NCBI GenBank assembly: GCA_018400815.1
Contig: JAGYLS010000006.1
Span: forward strand, 1 to 44,649
Source: Candidatus Oleincola secundus
GTDB lineage: Bacteria; Atribacterota; Phoenicimicrobiia; Phoenicimicrobiales; Stramentimicrobiaceae
DNA: 44,649 nucleotides
Direction: 5' to 3'
Shown here: one piece after another, positions 29,353 through 38,891 of the stretch
Layout of the letters: each line of letters opens with the position of its first letter
Position numbering within the stretch: position 1 is the first letter of the stretch
Translations under genes and position numbers: made by a program
Notes under the pieces: generated by a model
Databases searched by the model: none
Told to the model about the DNA's origin: nothing
Seen by the model: only the letters and a program-made list of their open reading frames with translations

Positions 29353-30519
29353 ATGAAAAAATGTATAACAATATTAGGATCAACTGGTTCTGTAGGGAAA
29401 CAAACCTTAGAGGTAATTCAAAATGAACCAGAAAGTTTTGAAGTTATTGCTTTATCGGCCTGGAAAAATGTTGATTTATTAAAAACACAAATTGATCAAT
29501 TTAAGCCTAAATATGTAGTAGTAAAAGATGATAAGTTAGCTAAGGAATTAAAAAATAAATTAGCAAATAAAAATAATTGCAATATACTGTATGGGGACTA
29601 TGGACTTAGTAAAATATCCACCATAAAAGAAATTGACATGGTAGTTGTTGCAATTGCTGGCATGAATGCTTTAAAGCCTGTAATCGAAGCAATCAATGCC
29701 AAAAAAGAGATTTGTCTGGCAAACAAAGAGATAGTAGTTTCTGCCGGAGAAATACTCATGGAGGAAGCAAAAAGAAATGACATAAAGATAGTTCCTATTG
29801 ACAGTGAGCATAGCGGAATATTGCAGTGCATTCAGCCACAATTTTATAATAACATCGAAAAAATTATTATTACTGCATCAGGAGGGCCATTTTATAATTT
29901 AAAAGAAGCTGCTCTAGATACTGTCTCAGTAGAGGAAGCTCTAAACCATCCCAATTGGCAAATGGGAAATAAGGTAACAATCGATTCAGCAACTTTAATG
30001 AATAAAGGCCTTGAAGTTATTGAAGCTTATTGGCTTTTTAATATTTCTCTTAACAAAATTGAAATATTAGTTCACCCTCAAAGTTATATTCATGCCCTGG
30101 TTCAATACGAAGATGGTAGTATGATTGCTCAACTAAGTAACCACGATATGCGTATCCCTATCCATTTTGCTTTACATTATCCAAAAAGAGTTAAAAGTAA
30201 CCTATCTAGACTTAATTTGGCAAAAATTGGTCAACTAACTTTTAAAAAGCTTGACTCTAAAAGATTTCCCAGTGTTGATCTTTGTTATGAAGCAATTAGA
30301 CAGGGGGGCACTTTTCCTGCAGCACTAAATGCAGCAAATGAAGTTGCTGTTAATGCTTTTTTAAATCAAGGATTAAAATTTAAAGAAATTATAAATATTG
30401 TATCAAAAGTAATAAATAAACATAATAATAAAACAAATCCTAGCATACAAGATATTATCTATCAGGATCGGGAAACTAGAAGGCTGACAAGCCAATTTTG
30501 CACCGAAAATAAAAATTGA
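29353..30519 (+). CDS. dxr: 1-deoxy-D-xylulose 5-phosphate reductoisomerase
   Basis: LGSTGSVG, LANKE, PIDSEH, TASGGPF, HPNWQMG, NKGLEVIEA, NAANE. Confidence 0.97.
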   Translation: MKKCITILGSTGSVGKQTLEVIQNEPESFEVIALSAWKNVDLLKTQIDQFKPKYVVVKDDKLAKELKNKLANKNNCNILYGDYGLSKISTIKEIDMVVVAIAGMNALKPVIEAINAKKEICLANKEIVVSAGEILMEEAKRNDIKIVPIDSEHSGILQCIQPQFYNNIEKIIITASGGPFYNLKEAALDTVSVEEALNHPNWQMGNKVTIDSATLMNKGLEVIEAYWLFNISLNKIEILVHPQSYIHALVQYEDGSMIAQLSNHDMRIPIHFALHYPKRVKSNLSRLNLAKIGQLTFKKLDSKRFPSVDLCYEAIRQGGTFPAALNAANEVAVNAFLNQGLKFKEIINIVSKVINKHNNKTNPSIQDIIYQDRETRRLTSQFCTENKN

Positions 30520-30572
30520 CAGATAGCTAAATAAATAATAAACAAACCATTAATTAAGAGGAGACATAGAAA

Positions 30573-31634
30573 TTGTTGACCATATTAGCCTTTATTTTTG
30601 TTCTGGGAATAGCTATTCTTTTTCATGAATTTGGTCATTTTATAACAGCAAAATTATCAGGAATAAAAGTTTTTCGTTTCTCTTTAGGTTTCGGACCAAA
30701 AATTGCCGGTTTTTTCTGGAAGGGAACGGAATATATATTATGCTTATTTCCATTTGGTGGATATGTTAAGATGGCAGGGGAAATGGCAAATAACGAAAAT
30801 TATGAAAATAAAGATATATCGACAGAAGAATATATTCCCGAAAAGCAAAGATTTGACAAAAAATCATTTTTTGTCAGAGCTTCTGTAATAGTAAATGGCC
30901 CTATTATGAATATTGTTTTGGCATTATTATTGCTAATAATTGTTTTCTACTTTTCTGGAATAGCACAAGTATCAAACACCATTAGTAATGTTGCTGACGA
31001 AAGTCCTGCAACAAAAGCTGGCATTTTAAGTGGTGATAAGATAGTATCTATCGATTCAACCATAATAGAAAATGCTGAAGAAATCTCAGAGATTATTAAT
31101 CAAAAAAAAGAGGAAATGATTACAATACGCCTTAGGCGAAATAATGATTTCTTCGAAACTAAAGTTGTTCCAGAATACAATGCTGAATACGAAAGGGCTA
31201 TGATAGGTATTACCCTTGAGGTTAATATAAAAAACCTAACTTTTTTACAGTCAGTCAGCAAGTCTATAGAAATGGTTGGTGAAATAATCCGTTTGATTGG
31301 AAGAGGATTTTTGGAAATGTTCACAGGAAAAATGCCTATAGAACTCGCTGGTCCATTGGGGATTGCTCAAATGGCCGGAGAAGCAGCACAAGTTGGCTTT
31401 TTGAACTTGTTATTTTTTACAGCAGTAATAAATATTTTTTTAGGAATTATCAATCTCTTCCCTATCCCAATATTGGATGGTGGACAAATTGTCTTGTTAG
31501 CAATCGAAAAAATCAGGGGTAAACCACTTGAACCTGAACACGTTAATTTTATTTATATTGTCGGTCTTGCATTGGTTGTTATGATTTTCCTAATCGCAAC
31601 CTATCAAGATATTTTAAGAATTTTTACAGAATAA
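30573..31634 (+). CDS. rseP: RIP metalloprotease RseP/RasP (M50 plus PDZ)
   Basis: HEFGH, FSLGFGP, PFGGYVKM, NLFPIPILDGG. Confidence 0.95.
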   Translation: MLTILAFIFVLGIAILFHEFGHFITAKLSGIKVFRFSLGFGPKIAGFFWKGTEYILCLFPFGGYVKMAGEMANNENYENKDISTEEYIPEKQRFDKKSFFVRASVIVNGPIMNIVLALLLLIIVFYFSGIAQVSNTISNVADESPATKAGILSGDKIVSIDSTIIENAEEISEIINQKKEEMITIRLRRNNDFFETKVVPEYNAEYERAMIGITLEVNIKNLTFLQSVSKSIEMVGEIIRLIGRGFLEMFTGKMPIELAGPLGIAQMAGEAAQVGFLNLLFFTAVINIFLGIINLFPIPILDGGQIVLLAIEKIRGKPLEPEHVNFIYIVGLALVVMIFLIATYQDILRIFTE

Positions 31635-31650
31635 TAATTAGGATTAAATA

Positions 31651-32745
31651 ATGTCTGAAAATATTAATAGAAGAAAAAGTAAAATTGTAGAAATTGGTAG
31701 CTTAAAAATTGGTGGAAACCATCCTGTTTCTGTACAATCCATGACCAACTGTAATATTAAAGATACTAAAACAACTATTAAACAAATTAAACAATTAGAA
31801 TCAGCTGGATGTGATTTGATTCGGATTGCTATTCCCGATATTGATTCATGTCGTTTTATTCCAACTATCAAAGAAAAAACTCATATTCCTATTATGGCTG
31901 ACATACATTTTAACTCCACTATAGCCATAGAGGCAATAAAAAATAATGTTGACGGTATAAGGATTAATCCGGGTAATATAAAGCAAGAATCCCAAATAGT
32001 TCATATTATTGAAGAGGCCCGGGAAAAAAATATTATGATTCGTTTTGGGGTAAATTCTGGTTCACTTGATAAAAGCATTATGAAAAAGTACGGTGAGCCA
32101 AATTTCAAAGCAATGGTTGAAGAAACAGATCGTTTGATTTCCTTTTTAGAAAAAATTAGCTATGATAATATTGTTCTATCCATTAAATCAAGCGATGTTA
32201 TGGATACCATCAAAGCAAATCAAATCATTGCTGAAAAAACTGATTATCCTTTGCATATTGGTATCACAGAAGCTGGTTTTGATAGAAAAGGTATTACAAA
32301 ATCGGCAATAGGAATTGGCATATTATTGTATAAAGGGATTGGTGATACAATAAGAGTGTCTTTATCTGGTAATCCTATTCAAGAAGTTTTAGTAGGACAT
32401 GATATTTTACGTTCACTAACAATCAGAAAAAGAGGTATTAATATTATTTCCTGTCCCACCTGTGGAAGATGTAAGGTTGATATTCATTATATTGGCAAAA
32501 AAATAGAACGTAATTTACGGGATATCAATCAACCTTTTACTATTGCAATTATGGGTTGTGTTGTAAACGGTCCCGGTGAGGCGAAATTTGCCGATATTGG
32601 AATTGCCTTTAATAACCAAGAAGCCATGCTTTATAAAAAGGGTCAATTAATTGGCCGGTATAGCAAAGAAGAAGCTGTTACTAAGTTGATAGAAGAGGTT
32701 AGGTCTATTTCTAAAAATAATATTAATACTCTCAATGTTGATTAG
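31651..32745 (+). CDS. ispG: HMBPP synthase IspG
   Basis: VQSMTN, ADIHF, RINPGN, PLHIGITEAG, GDTIRVSL, SCPTCGRC, MGCVVNGPGE. Confidence 0.97.
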   Translation: MSENINRRKSKIVEIGSLKIGGNHPVSVQSMTNCNIKDTKTTIKQIKQLESAGCDLIRIAIPDIDSCRFIPTIKEKTHIPIMADIHFNSTIAIEAIKNNVDGIRINPGNIKQESQIVHIIEEAREKNIMIRFGVNSGSLDKSIMKKYGEPNFKAMVEETDRLISFLEKISYDNIVLSIKSSDVMDTIKANQIIAEKTDYPLHIGITEAGFDRKGITKSAIGIGILLYKGIGDTIRVSLSGNPIQEVLVGHDILRSLTIRKRGINIISCPTCGRCKVDIHYIGKKIERNLRDINQPFTIAIMGCVVNGPGEAKFADIGIAFNNQEAMLYKKGQLIGRYSKEEAVTKLIEEVRSISKNNINTLNVD

Positions 32746-32794
32746 CTTAAATTTATTTATATTAATAAAAAATACTGCCAAAAAAGGTGAATAG

Positions 32795-33424
32795 ATGAAA
32801 ATATCGGTTATTATACCTGCTTACAATGAGGAAATTACTATTGCAGATGTAATTAAAACAGTAAAAAATGTTCCCGAAATTAATGATGTCATTGTAGTAA
32901 GTGATGGTTCAACTGACGATACAGTAGCTATTGCACGGGGATTAAATGTAGATGTTTATCAGATGGAAGAAAATATTGGCAAGGGAGGGGCAATTAAAAG
33001 AGGATTTGAAAATACTGACTCAGATATATTGTTGTTTTTAGATGCTGATTTAATCGGATTAAAGAATGAACATGTTTATGCTTTAATAAACCCCATTAGA
33101 GAAAATATTGCCGATATGACTATTGGTATTTTTACCCAGGGAAGATTACTAACGGATTTGCCCCAATTCTTAATGCCCTATCTTTCGGGACAGAGAGCAA
33201 TAAAAAGACAAATTATTGATACTATTCCCAATATGGATTTACTAAAGTATGGTCTTGAGTTAGCTATCACTAAAATTGTAAAAAAGTACGACTATAGGGT
33301 CAGCAAGGTAAAGTTACATAATTTAACACAAAGAATAAAAGAAGAAAAATATGGTCTTGTTGAAGGTGCCAAAAAAAGGTTACAAATGTATTTTGACATT
33401 GTAAAACAATTAAAATCTGATTAA
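32795..33424 (+). CDS. Glycosyltransferase family 2
   Basis: SVIIPAYNEE, DGSTD, GKGGA, FLDADL, LSGQRA. Confidence 0.88.
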   Translation: MKISVIIPAYNEEITIADVIKTVKNVPEINDVIVVSDGSTDDTVAIARGLNVDVYQMEENIGKGGAIKRGFENTDSDILLFLDADLIGLKNEHVYALINPIRENIADMTIGIFTQGRLLTDLPQFLMPYLSGQRAIKRQIIDTIPNMDLLKYGLELAITKIVKKYDYRVSKVKLHNLTQRIKEEKYGLVEGAKKRLQMYFDIVKQLKSD

Positions 33425-33472
33425 CTAAGCATCTTTTATTTACTTTAGTTTAAGGATCTATTTTATATATTT

Positions 33473-33720
33473 TTTATCTAACCATTTCCACCTTCTAAGA
33501 GGGTGGTAATGGTTAGATAAACAGTTTTACTATAAAAAAATTAAGAGTAGCTAGATGACAATTTTTCACCTGAAGTCCAAAGTTGGAAGTACGATTACTT
33601 AGGAATATTATAGCTAAAGGTTAAATAAAAAATCGAAAGAAAAAGATCTAAAAAGTGGTAAAAACTTAAAACTCTTTTAGAGGTTCTTAAAGACACCCGC
33701 TATTCGGGTGCGGTATTTAC
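33473..33720 (+). mobile_element. Repeat copy 4 (full length, 248 nt)
   Basis: TTTATCTAACCATTTCCACCTTC-TAA-GAGGGTGGTAATGGTTAGATAAA left palindrome; TGACAATTTTTCACCTGAAGTCCAAAG; right end CTCTTTTAGAGGTTCTTAAAGACACCCGCTATTCGGGTGCGGTATTTAC. Confidence 0.82.
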
Positions 33721-33763
33721 TTGATTTGATTTTAAATTAAAAGTAGAAAAAGCATACTAATAA

Positions 33764-33791
33764 TTGACAAACATTAAATATTGGTTACAAT
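33764..33791 (+). promoter_or_regulatory. Putative promoter of the V-ATPase operon
   Basis: TTGACA-16 nt-TACAAT between repeat copies 4 and 5. Confidence 0.45.
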
Positions 33792-33896
33792 AAACTTAAA
33801 TTCATAATATATAAATTTCAAAAATAATATCTCTTTATAGATACAATTTATCTGACTTAAAAAAATATTTATGATATTTTTTAAAGTATATTGTTC

Positions 33897-34065
33897 TGAT
33901 TAATATTTTACCTTTAAATCCTAAATAGACAAACATGGTATAAAAGAGCTCCTTTAAAAGATAGCTAACAGATCAAAGAAAAACTATAGAAAAAACTGTC
34001 TAATAAAACTTAAGCCTCTTTTAGAGGCTTCTAAGGCCACCCGCTATGCGGGGTGCGATATTTAT
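33897..34065 (+). mobile_element. Repeat copy 5 (degenerate; left boundary uncertain, possibly about 33848)
   Basis: AATATTTTACC...TCCTAAA shared with copy 6; ATAGCTAA shared with copy 4; right end AAGCCTCTTTTAGAGGCTTCTAAGGCCACCCGCTATGCGGGGTGCGATATTTAT. Confidence 0.72.
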
Positions 34066-34115
34066 TTGACACATGCATTTATAAAGGTCAAATTAGTGCT
34101 TTTGGGAGCATTAAT

Positions 34116-34430
34116 ATGTTAAAAAAAAAAAATCATAAAAGAATTAAAAGATACTGAACATGAAGCAGTAAAAATGATTGAAGATGCAAAAAAAGAAGGC
34201 CAAAGATGGTTCAGGGAGGAAAAGGATAAACAAGAACAGATTAAAACAATGTAATTATTGAATGGAACCAAAAGGGTCAGACATGATAGAAGAGCAGAAC
34301 AAAAAAAGCCCAATAAAAAACTAAAGATATTCATGCAAAATAGTAAAAAGAAAAAGAAAGACTTAGAAATAATTTAAAAAAGAAATATAATCAGGCAATT
34401 GAGATGATTTTAGATAATCTGGAGAAATAA
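34116..34430 (+). CDS. ntpF: V/A-type ATPase peripheral stalk subunit G/H (NtpF-like); frameshifted as written
   Basis: IIKELKDTEHEAVKMIEDAKKEG...YNQAIEMILDNLEK*; about 105 codons, first gene of the operon, SD GGGAG. Confidence 0.7.
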
Positions 34431-34431
34431 A

Positions 34432-36419
34432 ATGGCAATATCTAAGGTAAATAAATTTCATATTTTTGCACATTTATCAATAAAAGAACAATTGGTCTAG
34501 AAGAATTGCAAAAATTAGGTTCTGTTGAAATTATGCATATCAGTAAAAACTGTATTTCATGATTGGAAAAATATTGAAGACAATCTTGATATTAATATAT
34601 CCGCAGAACTAAATAAGGTAAAATTTTGCATTGATCTTCTTTCTAATTACCAAGAAGAAAAATAAAGGATTAAAATCATTATTTTCATCTAAAGAAACAA
34701 TAGATTTATAAAGGTTAGTTGGCTATCACAGCAACTGGAATATGACAAATTATACCCAGCAATGCAAAGAATTGGATAATGATCTTAATAACCTGAAACT
34801 ACAGAAAATAAATTAAAGGCTATCGAACAAGAACTTCAGGATTGGAAAGAGTTAGAACTCTGATTTAAGCACAATTAATCAGTCAAAATATGTCAGATAT
34901 CTCTTGGGTTCAGTGGCTAAAAACAATCTGGAGGCTTTAAGAACAGAAATAAAAAAAACAAAGTAAATTTAATGTTATCCAGTCTATCAAAGAAGAAAAA
35001 CAAATCCAATATTGTTGTTATTAGTGTAAAAGAAAATATCGAGAAATACAGCGAATTGCGCAGAAATACCAGATTGAAATCTATAAGTATAGTTATAATT
35101 ATTCTGAACTCCAAAACAAATATTAAAAGAAATTTCAAAAGAATTAAGGGATATTGGCAAAAGAAGAAAAAAAATTGAATTAGAATTAAAAGATGTTACC
35201 TTTCTTTTTAAGAACAATCAATCAATCTACCAGATTTATAGATTTTTATCGATTAACAAAGAAAAAGAAGAGGTTTCTGGTTATCTGAAGAAAAGCGAAC
35301 AATCTTTGTAATAAAGGGTTGGATACGGAAAAAGACATTTCCATACTACAGGGTAGATTAAAAGTGAAACATTTTACGGCTTATGAAGTCTATTTTACTG
35401 AACTAAAAAGAAGATGAACAGGTTCTGTTTCTTTAGACAATCACAAATTCAGCCCTTTGAAGTTATTATAACTGGAGCTTTATAGTCTACCAAATTATTT
35501 TGAAATGGATCCGACTTCCAATTCTTCAATATTTATCTATCTGATCTGGCCTGATGTTGGCTATGGTGCTGCTCTGGCAATTTTATGTTATCTTGCCATC
35601 AACAAATTGAGTTTCTTGGTTGTAGTGCCAGAAAGTTTTCAGTTTACTTTATTATTATGGAATTGCCGAAATATTCTTGTGGAGGAATAGTCGTTGGGAG
35701 CTGGTTTGGAGATATTTTAAATTATTTACCACCCACATTTAGTAATATAAGGCATTTGGTTCAGAGACTTTCCTTATTTGAATCTCGACAGATAACCCTA
35801 TCCCGCTTTTGATTTTAAGTCTTTCTCGGGGTCATACAAGTTTATAATGGGAATTATTTTAAAATTTTTAGATAATGTAAAAAGATAAATTACTAGATGG
35901 GCTTATGGATCAGGATATCAATGGTTAATCTTTTTAACAGGCATTATTTTGCTTTTACTGCAAGGAATGATAGCCCCAATTTTTGGTAAAATAGCATGGT
36001 TTCTATTGATTGCAGGTATGCTTACAATCATCTTTACCCAGGGAAGGACAAACAAGAATATTATAATGAGAATTGGTAGTGGAATACTATCTTTATATAA
36101 TATTACAGGATATTTCAGTGATATTCTTTCCTATTCTAGATTGTTCGCACTAGGTTTGGCAACAGGTATAATTGCCACCATGTTTAATATGCTTGCCACA
36201 ATGGTTAATGTGCCCTATATAGGAATATTTTTAACTTTAATCATATTGTTTATAGGACATGTTTTCAACCTATTAATTAGCGGATTAAGTGCTTTTATTC
36301 ATGATGCCAGATTACAATATGTAGAATTTTTTACAAAATTTTATCAAGCTGGTGGGGTTGCTTTTAAACCATTTAATCTCAAGACGACATATACTAAAGT
36401 TGAGGAAAGAAAACAATAA
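34432..36419 (+). CDS. ntpI: V/A-type ATPase subunit I (a); 5' three quarters heavily frameshifted as written
   Basis: MAISKVNK start, EELQKLGSVEI, YSLPNYFEMDPT, DVGYG; intact C-terminus SDILSYSRLFALGLATG, HDARLQYVEFFTKFY. Confidence 0.9.
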
Positions 36420-36438
36420 AAAAATTTTCATAGGTTAG

Positions 36439-36699
36439 TTTATTTAACCATAAAAAAACCACCTGAAATATTTTACCCGAGGTCCTAAAAAGAGGCAACA
36501 CCATAGTGCTTAATCGTATTGGAATATTAAATAAAGCGATACAATGAAGCACTACGATCTCTTCATTAAGACCCAACTATATACGAAGTTAGATTTTAAG
36601 ATGAAGCAGAGTATCCCAGGGGGTCTCAGGGGGAAGGTTTCTCATTGAATATCCTGGGAAGAATCGTTTAGCCACCCGCTTTGCGGGTGCGGTATTTAC
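36439..36699 (+). mobile_element. Repeat copy 6 (left-hairpin deletion, about 130 nt unique structured interior)
   Basis: TTTATTTAACCATAAAAAAACCACC, TTTTACCCGAGGTCC...AGGCA...TGCTTA, perfect right hairpin GCCACCCGCTTTGCGGGTGCGGTATTTAC. Confidence 0.75.
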
Positions 36700-36751
36700 T
36701 AATGAATTTAGTAATTAATTAGAAAGAAAAAGATAGAAAAGGGGGATTTGA

Positions 36752-37228
<477 letters not shown>

Positions 37229-37252
37229 TTATTATAATAGGAGTTTTTTACA

Positions 37253-37870
37253 ATGCCGATAAAAGATATAAAAGATAAAATTATTGAAGATGCTCTGCAA
37301 GAAAAAGAAAAAATAATAAAAGAAGCTAATGAAAATATTAAGAAAATCAGAGATAATAATCAGAAAGAGCTTAGCTCCATAAAAAATAATATAATGGAAC
37401 GGTGTGAACAAGAAGCAGAGCTAAAAGAAAAAAATATCATCACAGAAGCCAGATTAGACGCCAACAAAGAAATTCTTTCTGAAAAACAAGCAATTATTGA
37501 AGAAATATTCAATGAAGCTGAAAATAGGATTGAAAAATTAGATAACAAAAAATATGCTGATTTTATGGAGAAACTTATTCTTGAAAATGTAGAAAATGGA
37601 GAAGAAACCCTCTATCTTGGAGATAATGAACGTAAAGAAATAAACCAGAATTTTATTAAAGACATTAATGAAAAATTAAAATCCAAAGGGAAAAAGGGAA
37701 ATTTGAAACTTTCTAAAAAATCAACGCCTATTAAGGGCGGTATTATTATCGGGACAGATGAAATCAGGAAAAATGCTTCTATTGAAGTCATTCTTGAAAA
37801 TATTAAGGAAGATATTGAAACAAAATTGAATCAATTTTTATTTCAAAAGAATGAGGATTTGAATGCTTAA
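37253..37870 (+). CDS. ntpE: V/A-type ATPase subunit E
   Basis: N-terminal coiled coil, IKGGIII...NASIE; operon position. Confidence 0.88.
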   Translation: MPIKDIKDKIIEDALQEKEKIIKEANENIKKIRDNNQKELSSIKNNIMERCEQEAELKEKNIITEARLDANKEILSEKQAIIEEIFNEAENRIEKLDNKKYADFMEKLILENVENGEETLYLGDNERKEINQNFIKDINEKLKSKGKKGNLKLSKKSTPIKGGIIIGTDEIRKNASIEVILENIKEDIETKLNQFLFQKNEDLNA

Positions 37871-38891
37871 ATACATCAACGAGAGCACAAATACACAGGA
37901 AGATTATGGCTATGCATGTGCCAGAGTCAGAGAACTAGAAAAAAGCTTACTAAACCAGGAAATATTGGGTAAAATGATTGAATCGCAAAACTTGGAAAAT
38001 ACCATAAAAGTTTTGGCAGAAAGCAATCTTAATGAATATATTTTTGAAAATACGGAACCTTTGGCTATTGACAATCATTTAGTAAATATTTTAAAAAAGA
38101 CTATTAAATTAATTAAAGAAATATCTCCTTATCCATATTTATTTGAGTTGTTTAATTGGAAATATGACTTTCACAACCTTAAGGTGCTATTAAAGACAAA
38201 AATTCTCGACAACAAGGAAAAAATTCCACTCTATGAAATTGGAAACATAAGTCAAGATATATTAAAGGCTGCCGTTTTTGATGGAAAATATCAGTCGGTG
38301 CCTATTTTAATTGAACGGTTTATAAAGCAATCAGAAGAATTGTATATGAAATACGAAGATTTGCAGTTAATGGAAATTTCCTTAGATAATGGGTATTACG
38401 AAATACTATTTAATAATTTGGAAAATATTAATCAACCTTTTTTATTTTATTTTTATAAAACTGAAATTGATTTATTGAATATCATGATTGCCTGTAGATG
38501 TAAAGTTAGACATATTAAGAAAGCAAACTTATCTGAAATATTAATAAAATATGGTAACTTTTCTCCCCAAAAGATAATAAATATTTATGAAAATTCTGTT
38601 CATTCATGGCCAAACTATTTTGAAAAAACTGATTATTCTTCCCTAGTGGAAAGTGGGATTAAACATTGGCAGGAAGAAAATTCTTTGCTGGAAATTGAAC
38701 GTCTCAGCGATAATTTTTTATTAAATTTGTTAAAAATTGGCAGGTATAATTCCTTTGGACTGGAAAGTGTTATTGCATATTATTATGCTAAGGAAAATGA
38801 TGTAAAAAATATTCGAATGATATTAAACGGTAAAAGATATCTATTGCCAAAAGATATCATTAGAAAAAATATAAGGAATAGTTATGTCTAA
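37863..38891 (+). CDS. ntpC: V/A-type ATPase subunit C (d)
   Basis: YGYACARVRELEKSLL, YDFHNLKVLLK, KENDVKNIRMILNGK. Confidence 0.9.
   Translation: MLKYINESTNTQEDYGYACARVRELEKSLLNQEILGKMIESQNLENTIKVLAESNLNEYIFENTEPLAIDNHLVNILKKTIKLIKEISPYPYLFELFNWKYDFHNLKVLLKTKILDNKEKIPLYEIGNISQDILKAAVFDGKYQSVPILIERFIKQSEELYMKYEDLQLMEISLDNGYYEILFNNLENINQPFLFYFYKTEIDLLNIMIACRCKVRHIKKANLSEILIKYGNFSPQKIINIYENSVHSWPNYFEKTDYSSLVESGIKHWQEENSLLEIERLSDNFLLNLLKIGRYNSFGLESVIAYYYAKENDVKNIRMILNGKRYLLPKDIIRKNIRNSYV

Noticed and set aside
34917..35812. Small ORFs within 34917-35812 as separate genes
   Set aside because: They are fragments or shadows of the frameshifted ntpI.
68..36699. Repeat family as a CRISPR array
   Set aside because: Copies are dispersed kilobases apart, are not regularly spaced with unique spacers, and there are no cas genes.
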